DNA of 64,000 bases from Paramoeba atlantica (taxonomy: Eukaryota; Protista; Discosea). This document shows positions 43,558 to 56,500 of this stretch, piece by piece. The notes under the pieces were generated by a model. That model did not search any database. It saw nothing but the letters and a program-made list of their open reading frames with translations, and had not been told where the DNA came from. The position numbers were made by a program, and so were the translations under genes. Each line of letters starts with the position of its first letter. Within the stretch, counting starts at the first letter, position 1. The DNA lies in the NCBI GenBank assembly GCA_977017575.1, contig CDRNVI010000005.1, positions 62,001 to 126,000 on the forward strand. The letters run 5' to 3'.

Positions 43558-46500
43558 TTATATACTATATTCTTGAGTTTGCGTGCAGCCGTCTAAGTAT
43601 TTCTTTAGCTGCGCATAAATCCCTAATCCATTAAGCTCCTGAATCGTCAGCTTCATTTCGAGTTCGACCTGTTTCCTGTTTAGCATGGCCGCGTCTGCTA
43701 GCGAGTGTACCAAGTTCTGCGTATTGCGGTGCAAAGCGCCTCCTGCCAGTACGGGTAAACATTGAAATGAGTCTTCACGAATTAAGTTCGTACGTACATA
43801 TGTGTTGGACTTTCGCTGCAGCGCGTCATTCATGAGCTGTGTGCATTTCTTTCCACGATTAGACATTGAGAGTTCGTGAATAACTGTCAGATCATAGAAG
43901 ACCGCACCCGTGTTCCAATAGATCACGAGATCGGGGCCAGACCGACAAAGTTTTTTTCCTGCACAAGTCTTCTGATGTACCAACTGGTTTTCCGGACTGA
44001 TTGTGGATCGGCAAGCGATGCACTTCCACGTAGAAAAGTTTCTAGGTTCCGTTTCACATGGGATGCCTGCTTTCACGCATAGACGATGTAAAAATCCGAC
44101 AAGTGAGTTATGTTTCACGGTCGTATTTATACCTGAACATTGAGCACAGCCTGGGATATGGGTGAGGGCGTTTCGGTTATTGAGGAGAATACCGCACCCT
44201 GGACACAATAGACTGGTAGGTAGATCTGGGTGTTGGGCATTTAGTCGTGGCATAATCGCGAGTTTGAAGAGATGGGAAGGGATGTACTTCGCGTTGGAAA
44301 GGATCCAGTCGCTGTTTCCTTTGAAGGATGTGGCTTGTAGAATGGGCTTAATGTCGGGATCCGTTTGCAACTTTTTCAATACTTCGACATGATGAATGCT
44401 GGTGGAAGCTTTTTCGTCCACTGGTATGACTTTCATTGTCGAGTTCTTAGGAATAGACGGGTGTGATGGCACCGCGTTGTCGATCCGAGCTGAAAAAGAG
44501 TTTCGGCGCTCAAGAACCGAGTAGCGGGATGCCACATATGCCGTCTCCCTAAGGGGACTGCTCGCTGCCAAACCCATTCCTCCCTTCTTAACGGGTAATC
44601 GTACAATTTTCATTTGATCAGGAGAGAGTGGACCAATCCAAGTCTCTACCACATTTTCAACCTCTTGATCGAATTGTGATGATGCTTTCTCTGTTGTTTC
44701 GGGCGGGTGAACACGAATCAGGTATTGTTGACGAACATTGGCACATTTTGCTAAAAGAATCATCGATATATTATTGATGCCCATTCGTTTTAGCCGCCGA
44801 AAAGCTGTGACCTGCTTCTCTAGTTGACGCAAAAGTCGTTCACTTATTGTGTTGTTTTCTCCAATATACGCTCCGAGTACTTTGACCGCTTCGTCCTCCG
44901 ACTTTACACCTTGGGTGCTCAGCGAATTCGGTATGGAATTTCCGGATTTTCCTCTGAACCAAACGCATTTTGCCTCGGCTAGTTTCACCTGTTTTTCTTC
45001 TAGGAGACCTTTGAGCCTAAAGAATGCTTTCTCCAGTTCGGTTGAATCTCGAGAGACTAACGTTATATCGTCAATGTATGCATTTATTTCAATACCTGGA
45101 AATTCGGAGGCCAGTGTCTCGAGTATTGGTTGACAGAATACGCAAAAGTAAAGACTAGCCAGAGCGGACCCTTGCCGTACACCTGCTGAGATCATTATAA
45201 TGTCCGTCAGGCTGCCATCGGAGCCATAAAATAAAAGTTCGGAAGCATTTGAATATTCGGCCGCAAAGAACCTTTGAAAGGGTTTCAGTGTAGCGAAAGC
45301 AAAAACGCACTTTGCAATTTCCTCTCGTGAGGGTGAGTTGAATGCATTTTGCATATCCACAGTCAGGATTGAGTGTCCGTCAAGCCAGCGGTCCCGCAAC
45401 TTGTGTACGATTCGTTCGCACCCCGCTTGAGAGAATACGCCTTGTTGCATTGGTGCAAAGAGGGGTTCTAGTGACTTTTCGTATCTTTGCAGCAGAATTA
45501 TTCCAGCTAATTTGCTAAATATTTCTCCAATAGCTACTGGGCGTACTCCCCCGTTGGGCTTGTCGATGGCTACGAGTCTTGCCCGATTTAGACGCTGTAG
45601 AACTTGTCTAGATAGGAATCCGTTGATCAGATCGCTCATCATGTGACAAAGACTATTGCAACATGGCTCGTCGTCTATGAGAAGTCTAACGATGCTGTCG
45701 GTCGTACCTGTAGGCCCAGGGCTCACACCTTTTGCCAGTCGTCTACTTGCACATCTTAATTCTTGTACGGCTATTCCTGCGATAATCGGTGCATCTTCCG
45801 GAACTTTGAAATTGCAGTTTTGTTCTGGATGAAGTGCACGTAGTTTTTGGACTTTTTCTTGATCAGTCAACGTGCTCTTCTGAAAAGAACAGTCGAAAAT
45901 CCTTGAAGCCTTCGATGTACAGTTTTCTAGCACCAAACGAGTGGCCCGTTTGATTGCTCGCTTGTCCTCATGAAAAAACTCGTCTTCTGGTTGATTGTGT
46001 TCAACTGTCTCTTGTTGTATGGGTCTTCGCCGCCGTTGTCTACTATTGGCTTGACGCACGGAAGCTAATGAAAGTTTCATTGGAAATCAACGACGAGAGT
46101 CTTCCACATACATTAAAAACAACTTGTAAGAAAACATTGTTGTAAGAGCTAAAGAAATATATCGCTGATATCCTGAATCTCATCCACTGCCTATATTTAC
46201 TAGCTAAAGAATATTCGTATTATTGATGCAACTATCCGGATGTATATAGCGCGCAAACTATTTCAAAAGCATAATATAAAATTATAATACGTAGTGAAGG
46301 GGCTTTGCCCCCTGGCACGCAGCCACCACCCCAAAAAAAAAATAACTTGTAAGAGAATGTAAGCTATAAAACTATACACAATCTACATAAAGTTATAATT
46401 TAAATCATATTAAAAGATATAATAGAATTCATAATCAGAGATTATGTGCCTCGTAGGGCCATTCGAGAAAAAGGAGTCTTTTCAAATTCGTATTTCTTCT

Positions 46501-48071
46501 CGTCTAAATTTCCTCTCGTAAACTATCACAGACAAAACTTTATTCCAAATTTGATTTCTTTGTACGTAGTCGCTTTCTGCATAGATGTGCATGATGTCCC
46601 TGTATATGGCAATCACACTGGAGATAAAATCAGGACTAATGGTTTTCGCGGTTGGAATTGGGAGATGGTCTACGTCTTCAGCTCCTGTGTCCAGCTTAAG
46701 CGCTCTGGCCTTTTTAACATGTGTTTCTTCGCGGGTCTCAATAGGAAGGTTCTCGTCAATGGCTGGAGGAGCTCTGTACCAACGGATCTGATATACACGG
46801 ATATTTTCTTGCGGAGGAAGAAAACCTGGAAAACTTTCTTCTGCACGATGGCCGAACAGACCTTTATAGCTCAAATGTAGTTTCGACGCCCCGGTCCGAT
46901 TCGCGGATCGTGTTACGGTTCCTTCGGAGATGTTCAAGGCGGTTTGTTTATCGAATGTCCACGCCACTGTGCATTTGGTTCCTTTTTTTATTGAAGAACA
47001 AGACTTCTGTATGCGCTCGAAAGGAATGGGGAATTCGGTGTCTGGATTTATCGATTTTATGATGCCACCGATGTGGTTGTCTTGTTCCGGATTTCCTTCG
47101 CTATAAAGTATGCTGATGACTTGATTTGTTGTTTCGGTTGGTTTGTCCTTTTCTTGTGTGTCTGGCGTGATGCAGTCGTAGAACTCGGTGTTACTTCCAT
47201 ACTCCTTGGTTTTGGGGCCCGGAGTCGTGCTAATTACCTGTATTTCGCTCGATGTGTCAGGTCGGAAACCTTCGTCGCCGTTGGGCGCAATTTCGCCGTA
47301 CTGAATCGGTTCGTTGTTTTGTACGCGTCCGTTTTCCTGGACGTTCTTTGTACTCTTGTTGTGCTCGTTTTCCTTTTGGATGATAGCATCCTGCAGAGCT
47401 TTAGCCTTCTTACGGTAACTGTCCATGGCAACGGCCGACGGATTTAACGGTCGTAAAACGAGTTCATCCAGAGTAGTGGGATCTTTTGGTGGAGGGGTGG
47501 CCGCCTGAGCGTACGTTGGTTCCTTGCTCCAGTTCGTAAATGCTGTGTTCCGAGCGGTGTTCGTTCTTATTTTGATGCATCTTTCTGGGTGACGAATGGT
47601 TGGGCTCTCGTCTTGCGACACTTTGTCAGCTCTTGTCTGAAGAAGGTTGAGTTGTTTGTTTCGCCGATTGAAGAAATTTGAAGACAGCAGTGCGTTCTTA
47701 ATTGTGACTTTGCAGTCACTTTTCGGCAGTGGGGTCGGCGATCGACGCATCGACGGAGGAGGAGATTGTGGACACTCAGATGGCGTTGATGGTGGTGATG
47801 GCGGCGGTAGTGGCGGCGGAAGTGGCGGTGAAGTAGGTGACCGCGATGCGGCGGGGACGGGCGATGGAAGAGACGGAGTTTCAGTGGACAAAGTCGTGGG
47901 TGGTGAGGGCGGCGGGGGCGGCGGGGGCGGCGAAGGAGAAGCGCTCGGTTCGGACGGAGCCTCAGGCGGTTTCTCCTCAATTGTTTTCTTCCTGCGACGG
48001 GTCGGAGGTAGAGGCTGTACGACGGGTGCTACTCCCGTTTCTTTCGCCCGGCTCCGCGTGAACATGCCCAT
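43558..48071 (-). mobile_element. Full-length family B element B7; single 1355-aa ORF once family X at 46083-46528 is removed
   Basis: MGMFTRSRAK start, Pro-rich linker, conserved barrel-like domain; KVLS|AMKL rejoins (1543+2525=4068 nt); full RT and RLE. Confidence 0.9.
46083..46528 (-). mobile_element. Family X copy, 446 bp
   Basis: Ends TGATAGTTTACG..GAAATTTAGACGAGA and TCTCGTCGTTGATTTC; no TSD. Confidence 0.8.
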
Positions 48072-48109
48072 GAAAGTGAGAAAGTAATAGAAAATAAAGC
48101 AACAAGGCC

Positions 48110-48598
48110 CGTATGCACCCAGGCCCGTATGGTCCTGCACCTCCGCTCCCACCCCGTTAGCAGTAATAAATACTTTTGGTTGCCGTACGAGGGTGGGAGA
48201 CGTGGAGGCCACGAAACACAAAGACGTCGTCACGCCGAGGGAGAAGAGCGCGGAGAGAGACACGGGGCGACTGACGCAGGGGCGAGAGGAGGCGAAGCAC
48301 GGGCCCATCTGCCAGGAACTCTGCCCCCACCCCGTGAGCAAGTATTGTATACTTTTGGCTGCTGACACGGGGGTGGGGGACGCGAGAGAGAAACACAACA
48401 GGGGGGCAAGCGCACTGCGGAGGGAGGGTGAGGTGGGGGGATGCGGCGCAGGGGGGTGATGGGACGAGACGGGGAAGGGGGATGCCGACAAAAAGGAGTG
48501 TATTTGAGGGGGGTGCCCTCCCATGGTCTGGAAGATGGTGTATGGAAGAAAACAACAAGGTACAACAAGGTACAGAAACTGTATCTTTATCGTTAAAG
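48110..48598 (-). mobile_element. Element S copy (SL at 48563-48598) fused to the 5' end of B7
   Basis: Matches 40510-41000; joins CCTTGTTG (SL 3' end, 48100-48107) through a CCT microhomology. Confidence 0.75.
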
Positions 48599-48624
48599 TT
48601 TTTTTTTTTTTTTTTTTTTTTTTG

Positions 48625-48991
48625 CAGTTAATAAGGGGGGAGAAGTATGAATCGCGGCATTGCCTCTATATTTTGACCCAGTAGACGAACCAAGTAGGTC
48701 CATTGGGGGGGGTATACGAGTTGAAAACAAGCAATCAAATTAGCAATTCTTTTTGTTTCCACAGATGTACCTTTTGTTTTTTCTCAGCCCAAAACTAGCA
48801 ATTTAATCTCCCCTAAGTATATACTACAAACAAGAAACAGTAAAAACTAAAACAAGCAATACAGACCCAATCCATTCGCGCGTTCCGGACCGGGTCTTTC
48901 GACCACTCCACGGCCTGACTTGTGAACCCTTCCCTTGCTATATGGGAGGGCGCAGGCGCGGGCCTGTGTCGACAGCGACACGGTCGCGAAA
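48625..48991 (-). repeat. 3'UTR-only retrocopy (3' half of module plus tail plus poly(A)); near-identical copy at 51498-51867
   Basis: Direct comparison. Confidence 0.8.
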
Positions 48992-49200
48992 CGCGAAAAA
49001 AAGTTTTTTTTTTTTTTTTTTTTGTTTTTATGCAAATAAAGAAAATTTTTCTCTCTCTTTCTCCTCTTTCTCACCTCTTGACATACTTTTCCCACCTTTC
49101 TCCCTACTTTCCTGCTTTCCCCTACCCAACTTTTCAACTTTTCAGGGGGGGTAAGGTCACCCTCAGCTTCGCCTCACCCGGCCTGCAGGCGGCTCCTCAA

Positions 49201-49433
49201 CCATTCGCGCGTTCCGGACCGGGTCTTTCGACCTCTCCACGGCCTGACTTGTGGACCCTTCCCTTGTTATACGGGAGGGCGCAGGCGCGGGCCTGTGTCG
49301 ACAGCGACACGGTCGCGAAACAGGATGCTGGCCGACGGGGAGGAGATTCACTACCCGTGTACTACCTCACTTGGGGTACCTAGCCCTGACGGACTAGGCG
49401 TGAGTATAGACTCTGTCGACGAGACCAGCACCC
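49201..49433 (-). ncRNA. Structured 3'UTR module (type a) of A5
   Basis: Homology to 2289-2528. Confidence 0.75.
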
Positions 49434-49475
49434 TCAGCCTTCGAACATGCCGGGATCCGCGAGCCTTGGTTTAGG

Positions 49476-51464
49476 CTACTGCAAAATAAGTGCCGGTTGT
49501 GGATCTTCAGCCGGCATGCGTGAGACAAGCATTCTCGATTGAGAACGCATCAGGGTGAGGTTAAGCTCTTGAAGCAGCTGACGGGTAGCTGCTTCTTGAG
49601 ATAGAGTCCCCTGGGAACATGAGGCGCGATGCTTCCCAACCCATCTAAGGATTGATAGGGCACTTGCACTCCAAGCACCATATGATTCTACCACCATGGC
49701 AACAAACACATGTTTTGCTTGTTCCGCCTCCTCTCTCTCTTTCACCTTGTGAGAAGCGGCGTAGTGCTCCGCAAATGATCCTGCCGCCACCCCGTTAGCG
49801 TTGCGGACTAAGTCCGTGTATTTAGGTTGCTGAACGTGGGTGACAGCAAAATCAAGCACCAGACCTTGAGCTTTCTCATAGCCCGGAATAAAGACATCGC
49901 CCGGCCTCGTGGGACAGCCGCCAGGCCCTAGGTTCCCCAGGCTTACCTCACGTGAAGGTGATAAATTCGCCTTGGAGCACGTGTCGGTGAATTGTGTAAT
50001 GAGCGCATTGTGGCGGGAGATCAGTCCATTCCCACTTTTGCAAGACACTGCATGGTTTCCTTCGAGGTCGAGAGGTTGTTGGCATGTGTTAATTGGGCAC
50101 GTGCTCAACTCGTTGTAGACCTTGGCACCTAACCACCACCTGGAGAGGGCGCGGAATTCTGTGGGTGTGTAAGCGTGGCCAAGCTCTGTTGATGGGATGC
50201 AAAATGCCCAGCTGCTGGCCCCATCTCCAGTCTGAGAGGTGTACCTCGCGCGAGTGCTACTGTCTGCCGCTGCGTACGCACATGAAAATTCGTGCGCCGA
50301 GATTGCGTCGCTCAAGGCACGTTGACGGGGGGTGCAAGAATTGTCCGTTTCTGTACTTTGACTAGATCCTGTCGGAAAAGGGGAGCTGATCTCCTCTAAT
50401 GCTCTTCCCGTGTCCGGATCAACTACGGGGCCTCCGCTCCGGCGATTGATGTCCAGGACTGCGGAAGAGAATCCTTCTGCATCTGACGGTAGCCAACGAT
50501 CCGTCTCTGCAGCAAAAGCAACTGAAGACACGTACGCCGCTGAGCGGTGCGCAGATGCAGATCGGAGACCAAAACCTCCATACCGTTTCGGGCGTTGAAC
50601 TTGTGATCGAGCTGAGGAGCTAAGCGGGCATATATTCCATTCATACGCATGGAGGACTGCTTCATCAAGGCGCTGACAGAGTGCAGAAAGCTCATGTGGT
50701 GGGGTAGTTCGAAGCGAATGGACCATTTGACAAAAACCCGCACACTGTCTGATCAATGACAAGGCAATTTGAGGATCTTCGAGCATTTCTATAGCTTCCA
50801 GGGTCTCTTCTGCCGGTTCCACGGCGTGTGTCGTAAGGAAATCTATGCAATGTTGAGCAGAGCCTATGGGGCTCCCAAGAATGTCAAAATTTCCTTCGCG
50901 GTTTATCTTGGGTTCCGGAATATCGGAAAAAAGAGCAGTTTGGTGTGCCGAGGCAGGGTTCGTTATTATTTCGCATTTAGAGGTATTGATGTGAAGACCC
51001 CACTTAGGACCAACTCGAGAAAGAGTCTCTAAAGCGAAACTGACGTCTTCGGCCTTACCGGCTATTACCCCGTCGTCGAGGTACCAGAGGTGAAGCTGGA
51101 GACTGCCTGGGAGTGCTTCTTTGATCATTTTCGCGGCTTCGAGCATTACGAGGGAAAAAAGGAGAGGCCCTAGGGGGTCCCCTTGTTGAACCCCCTCGGA
51201 TGATGGAAGAGTTCTGGAACCGTAAGTTAGGAGACTATCCGTGGAGTAGGTCCACTCCACCCATGCTGACAATTCTGGAAAATGTTTGCGAAGTAAGGCG
51301 ATGAACGCAGATCTGGATACTCTATTGAACGCGTTCGCTAGGTCCACCTTACATAGCACAAAGTTCGTGTCATCGGCATGGCGGGACATAGTCTGTCGGC
51401 AGAGGTGGATCACCCTCTCCGATCCGGCTGGCGTGGCAACCCCATACTGTATTCCTTTAAACAA
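49476..51464 (-). pseudogene. 5'-truncated family A element A5 (RT + RLE open)
   Basis: QYGVATPAG, KVDLANAFN, GVQQGDPLGP, WYLDDG, RPGD..LVLDFAVTH. Confidence 0.92.
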
Positions 51465-52155
51465 GCGACTAGCTTTTTTCTTTTTTTTTTTTTTTTTGCA
51501 GTTAATAAGGGGGGAAAAGTATGAATCGCGGCATTGCCTCTATATTTTGACCCAGTAGACGAACCAAGTAGGTCCATTGGGGGGGTATACGAGTTGAAAA
51601 CAAGCAATCAAATTAGCAATTCTTTTTGTTTCCACAGATGTACCTTTTGTTTTTTCTCAGCCCAAAACTAGCAATTTAATCTCCCCTAAGTATATACTAC
51701 AAACAAGAAACTGTAAAAACTAAAACAAGCAATACAGACCCAATCCATTCGCGCGTTCCGGACCGGGTCTTTCGACCACTCCACGGCCTGACTTGTGAAC
51801 CCTTCCCTTGCTATATGGGAGGGCGCAGGCGCGGGCCTGTGTCGACAGCGACACGGTCGCGAAACAGTTTTTTTTTTTTTTTTTTTTTTGAACGATTAGA
51901 AGTATGAACACCGACGATAAAAATATTAAAATTCTTTTCGTAAACTCTTATAATATACTTTTTTTTATGACTTTCTCACTTACTTTCCTGCTTGCTCAAC
52001 TTCTTTCCCTAACTTCCCCCCATTTTGAAAACGAGCAAAATATAAAACTAGTAAATGCATGCTTTCCCATCTTACCCACTTCCCCTTACGAATCTTTCCA
52101 GCTTTCCAGGGAGGGTAAGGTCTCCCTCTGCTAGGAGGGGCAGACTTTCCCCTAA

Positions 52156-52400
52156 CCATTCGCGCGTTCCGGACCGGGTCTTTCGACCTCTCCCAGCTTG
52201 CCTTGTTAACCCTTCTCTTGTTGTACGAGAGGGCGCAAGCAATGGGCCTGTGCCGACAGCGGCACGGTCGCGGAGCATGATGCTGGCCGACGGGGAGGGA
52301 ACAAAGTTCCCAGCCCTTGTCCTACCTCACTTGGAGTACCTAGACCTGGCGGACTAGGCGTGAGCGTAGACCCTGTCGGCATCGACCGGCATCCGGACCG
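52156..52400 (-). ncRNA. Structured 3'UTR module (type b) of A6
   Basis: Homology to 9504-9748. Confidence 0.75.
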
Positions 52401-52420
52401 GCAGTTTGTGTGCCCACGAC

Positions 52421-53220
52421 CTATGTCACTACCATAGGTTCCGTGGGATCCGGCACGCAGATGCGTGAAACCATCATTCTGGCTTGGGAACGCATCAGGG
52501 AAATGTTGAGCTCCGTTAGGAGGTCATTTCGCGCTTGGCTCCATGAGAGAAGCTCTTTTGACGCATTAGCCCGTTGTGCTCCGATATTACGGAGAACCGA
52601 GAGCGCGCTTTCGCTCCAAGAGCCAAAGGATTCGACGACCATAGCTTCGAAAAGGTGTCCCGCATCTTCCGCTTCTTGTCGCTGCCTCGCCTTCGTCTCG
52701 GCGTACTGTCCGGCAAAAGATCCTGGTGTCACCCAGCTAGCAGTACGGACTAGGTCCAAATACTTCATTTGCTGTGCATGTGTGACTGCAAAATCTAATA
52801 CCATTCCTTGCGCCAGAACTCCCTTTTCCAGAGAGCCAGTAGGAAGAAAAACGTCCGCGGGTCTAGTGAGAGCGCCACCTGGGCCTCGGTTTCCCAGACT
52901 CTTTTCTCTCTGTGGTTGAAGAAAGGCCTTGCTGCAGAAAGAAGTGAACTGATGTGCCAGGGCGTTGTGGCGGGATATCAAACCGTGTCCGTTTTTACAT
53001 AGTATGGCGTGCTCTCCATTCTTTAGCAATGGGAGGGTGCAGCCTTCTGCTGGGCATGTTCGATCTTCCGGGAAGACGTCCATTCCAAGCCACCAACGCG
53101 AAAGAGTCCTGAACTCAGTTTTAGTAAAAGCGTAACCTCTGCTCTTTGAGGGTACTACGAAGGCCCAGTTTCCTGCTCCTCTTCCCGATTGTGAAACCCA
53201 CCGGGCCCGAAACCCACCGG
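52421..53220 (-). pseudogene. 5'-truncated family A element A6 (CCHC + RLE)
   Basis: RARWVSQSG, CPAEGC..H..C, RPAD..VLDFAVTH. Confidence 0.9.
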
Positions 53221-53255
<35 letters not shown>

Positions 53256-53597
53256 CCTCCAAACCCCAGGATCCCGTCCGCTTTTTTTTTTTTTTTTTTT
53301 TTAACAAGCAATCAAATTAGCAATTTCATATTTTGGAGCCCAAAACTAGCAATTCGATCTCCCGTAAGTATAAGAACAATAAAAACAATAACAATAAAAA
53401 CAAGCAATCTATGCCCAAGCAAACCCGAAACGAGCAAACCTCAACCTGCCACCTCTCTCACTACCCCGGACCTTATTGCCCGCAGGACCGTCCGACGCTG
53501 GCCACAACCCCCCTGCAGAACCAGGAACCAAGCAAAGCAACCACGACACTTACCGCCCCACCCTTGCCCACGAGGTTTTCCACCTCTTGGCCGCTTG

Positions 53598-56500
53598 CTA
53601 CTCTTCCTTCCCGTACCCCAGGAGAGCCAGGTCGGGGCCCGTTGCGGGTAATCGCAAGACTAGCATTCGGGCCTGCGACCTCATCAGTGTTACATTCAGA
53701 GCTGTGAGAATCTGATGTAAGGCCGCCCCCTTCGATATGTCACTGCCCGATTTAGCCGCCCTAGCTACTGCGACCTCTCGGAGAACAGACATTGCGCTGG
53801 GACACCACGAGCCGTAGGATTCTACGACCATAGCTCCGAACTTAAAGTGTGCTGCAGTCGCCTCTGCGCGTTGCATGCTCTTGTTCACGGTGGCATATTG
53901 TTCCGCGAACGACCCCGCCGTCACCCAGTTAGCGTCACGGACTGTGTCCGTATACTTTTGTTGCTGGACATGGGTGACAGCGAAGTCGAGTACAAGGGAC
54001 CGACCGAGGTGGCTGTCTATAAAGACATCTGCAGGCCTAGTGAGGGTGCCCCCCGGACCCTTGTTTCCCAGGCTGACCTCTCGTTTGGGGGCGAGCCCGG
54101 CCTTGGAACACTCCGCCGCAAACTGTGTTGCCAGAGCATTGTGTCGGGAAATGATACCATGCCCGCTTTTGCACGACATCGCGTGATCCCCCTCTGGACC
54201 AAGCGGCTGCGTGCATTTGTCCATGGGGCAAGGTCGGGTGCCGGGGTATATGTTCTCCCCAAGCCACCAGCGTACCAGCATCCGGAACTCTGTCGGGGTA
54301 TATGCGTGACCGTTCTTCTTGGAAGGCAAAACAAATGCCCACTCCGACGCTCCTTCCCCCGTTTCAGAGATCCATCGGGCCCTCGTCCGCGGGTCAGCGG
54401 TATTAAGCGCGTTGTTGTATTCCTGGGAAGAGATCGAGTGACTGAGATCCCGTTGTCTGGGAACTACCGCTTCATTTCTAGATTCGCTCGCTTCGATAGT
54501 ACTAAAGAGGGAACGATCTGACACAACCATGCTCTTGGGTATTGTGCCATTTTCGCCGTCTACCAGATTTAGTCCAGCGCGATTGTTGACATCGCTCACT
54601 GCTTCTTCGAAACCTTTCGCTTCGGTGGGGGCCCAGCCATCCTTCCTTGATGCGAATGCCACGGAGGCCACGTAAGCAGAAGAGGAATGTTCCTCTGCTG
54701 AACGGAGCCCTAGCCCTCCGAAGCGCTTGTCTCGTTGTGTCTGTCGCCGGGCGTCATCGCCAAGTGGGTGGAAAAAGTTTTCGAGAGTGGACTGAACAGT
54801 GTCGTCCAGGCGTCGACAAATATCTTGCAGTGCAGATGTCGGGGTGGTACGGAGAGAGTAGACCATCTTGCAGAAGCCTGTACAATGCCGGATGAGGGAG
54901 AGAGCGATCTGGGGATCCTCGAGCAAAGTTATAGCGGTTAGGGAATCTTGGGCCAGTTCGAAGGCATTGTCCAAATGGAATTTATGACAGTATTCAGTGG
55001 ATCCGACTGGGCTACCTAAAATGTTGAAATTACCCTCTAAATTTTTATTCGGGCCAGGGATGTCAGGGAAAACGGAGGCGCGAGGAGATGATGAGGGGTG
55101 TAAGGCGAGTTCACATTTAGCGGCGTTGATATGGAGTCCCCGTTGTGGTCCTTTGATTTCCAGCACGTCGAATGCGTGCCGCACATCAGCAGATGATCCA
55201 GCCAGCACCCCGTCGTCCAGATACCACAGATTCAAATCGAGCATTGGGGCTACTGCGTGAATTTCCGCCGCTACTTCTCTCAGAACCAGGGAAAAAAGGA
55301 GAGGACCTAAGGGGTCGCCTTGTTGCACTCCTTCAGAAGACGGAATGGTGCGTGTTCCGAAAGTAAGTAGGCTGTCCGAAGAGTAACACCAATCTACGTA
55401 GTGACTGAGAGCGGGAAAGTGTTCGCGAGTAAGGGCAATGATCCAGTCCCGTGAGACATGGTTAAATGCGTTTTTCAGGTCAATTTTGCATAGAATGAAG
55501 TCATTGTCATCAACGTGAGAATCGAATGTCTGTCTGCATCGATGGATGACGCGCTCAGACCCTGCTGGAGTGGCCACACCGTATTGGTGTCCTTTGAAGA
55601 GCTTACGAGCTGTTGTTTTGGCGGAGAGACAGGCGACTTTGCTCACCAGGCGACGGAGCGTCTCTCCGGCCGCTATTGGCCGCACGTCGCGCTCCCCTTT
55701 CTTTAACGCGCATAAGCGGCCTCCAGCGAAATAGCACTGAACTTCGAGCGGCACTTGCCCCGCGAGCATGTGGTTCGTAAAGTCGGTCAGTGTACCCAAT
55801 GGATCCGTACGGCCGTCATGGTGGTACTCTAGTGCCACTTGTACGTGTTCAGGGCGTAGCCCAAAAGCGCCACCCGATGACCCCCGGTGAAAAGTTGCAA
55901 GAGCCTGCGTTACGTCTTCCTCTGTGGCTCGAAGTGGTTTTGGTCCCATTTCCGTCGAAGAACTGAGGGGTTTCACCGACGTAGCGAGTCGGGATGGATG
56001 CTTAGCTTGGAGTTTAGTGTAAGTATCATCGTCATACGGGGCTACTGGTTCAGAGGTTAGGGCAGCCATAGCTCGAGATAGTTCCGAGTCGCGAACGAGT
56101 CTTTCAGCTCGCATAGCAGATTTGGTTATCTCGTCCTCCGGACTCTGTGCTTGTGCGACGCGTTTTTTGTGTTGTAGGCTCGCAATTGTTTCGTTCCAAA
56201 GGGGGAGAAATTCTTTCCGTGACCACCGGGCGAGACACTTCCGAACGTGCGAGGCGTACGATAGTTTTGCCCTGCTCCCCCCACGATGAGGTGCCGGTAG
56301 TACGCATTTCGGTAGCATGGCGAGAAGAGTCCAGGCCTCAACTGTATTGTCTCGTACAGCGGAAGAGAGACACTCACAGAAGACTTTCGCCCACCCCTGG
56401 CGACAGCTGTTGGGAATGTCTTTGCATGTGTTGAGAGGTGTCGAACAGATTGACGCCAGGGAGGGAAGGGGTTCGGCGACGGCTTGTGCGGCAAAAAATG

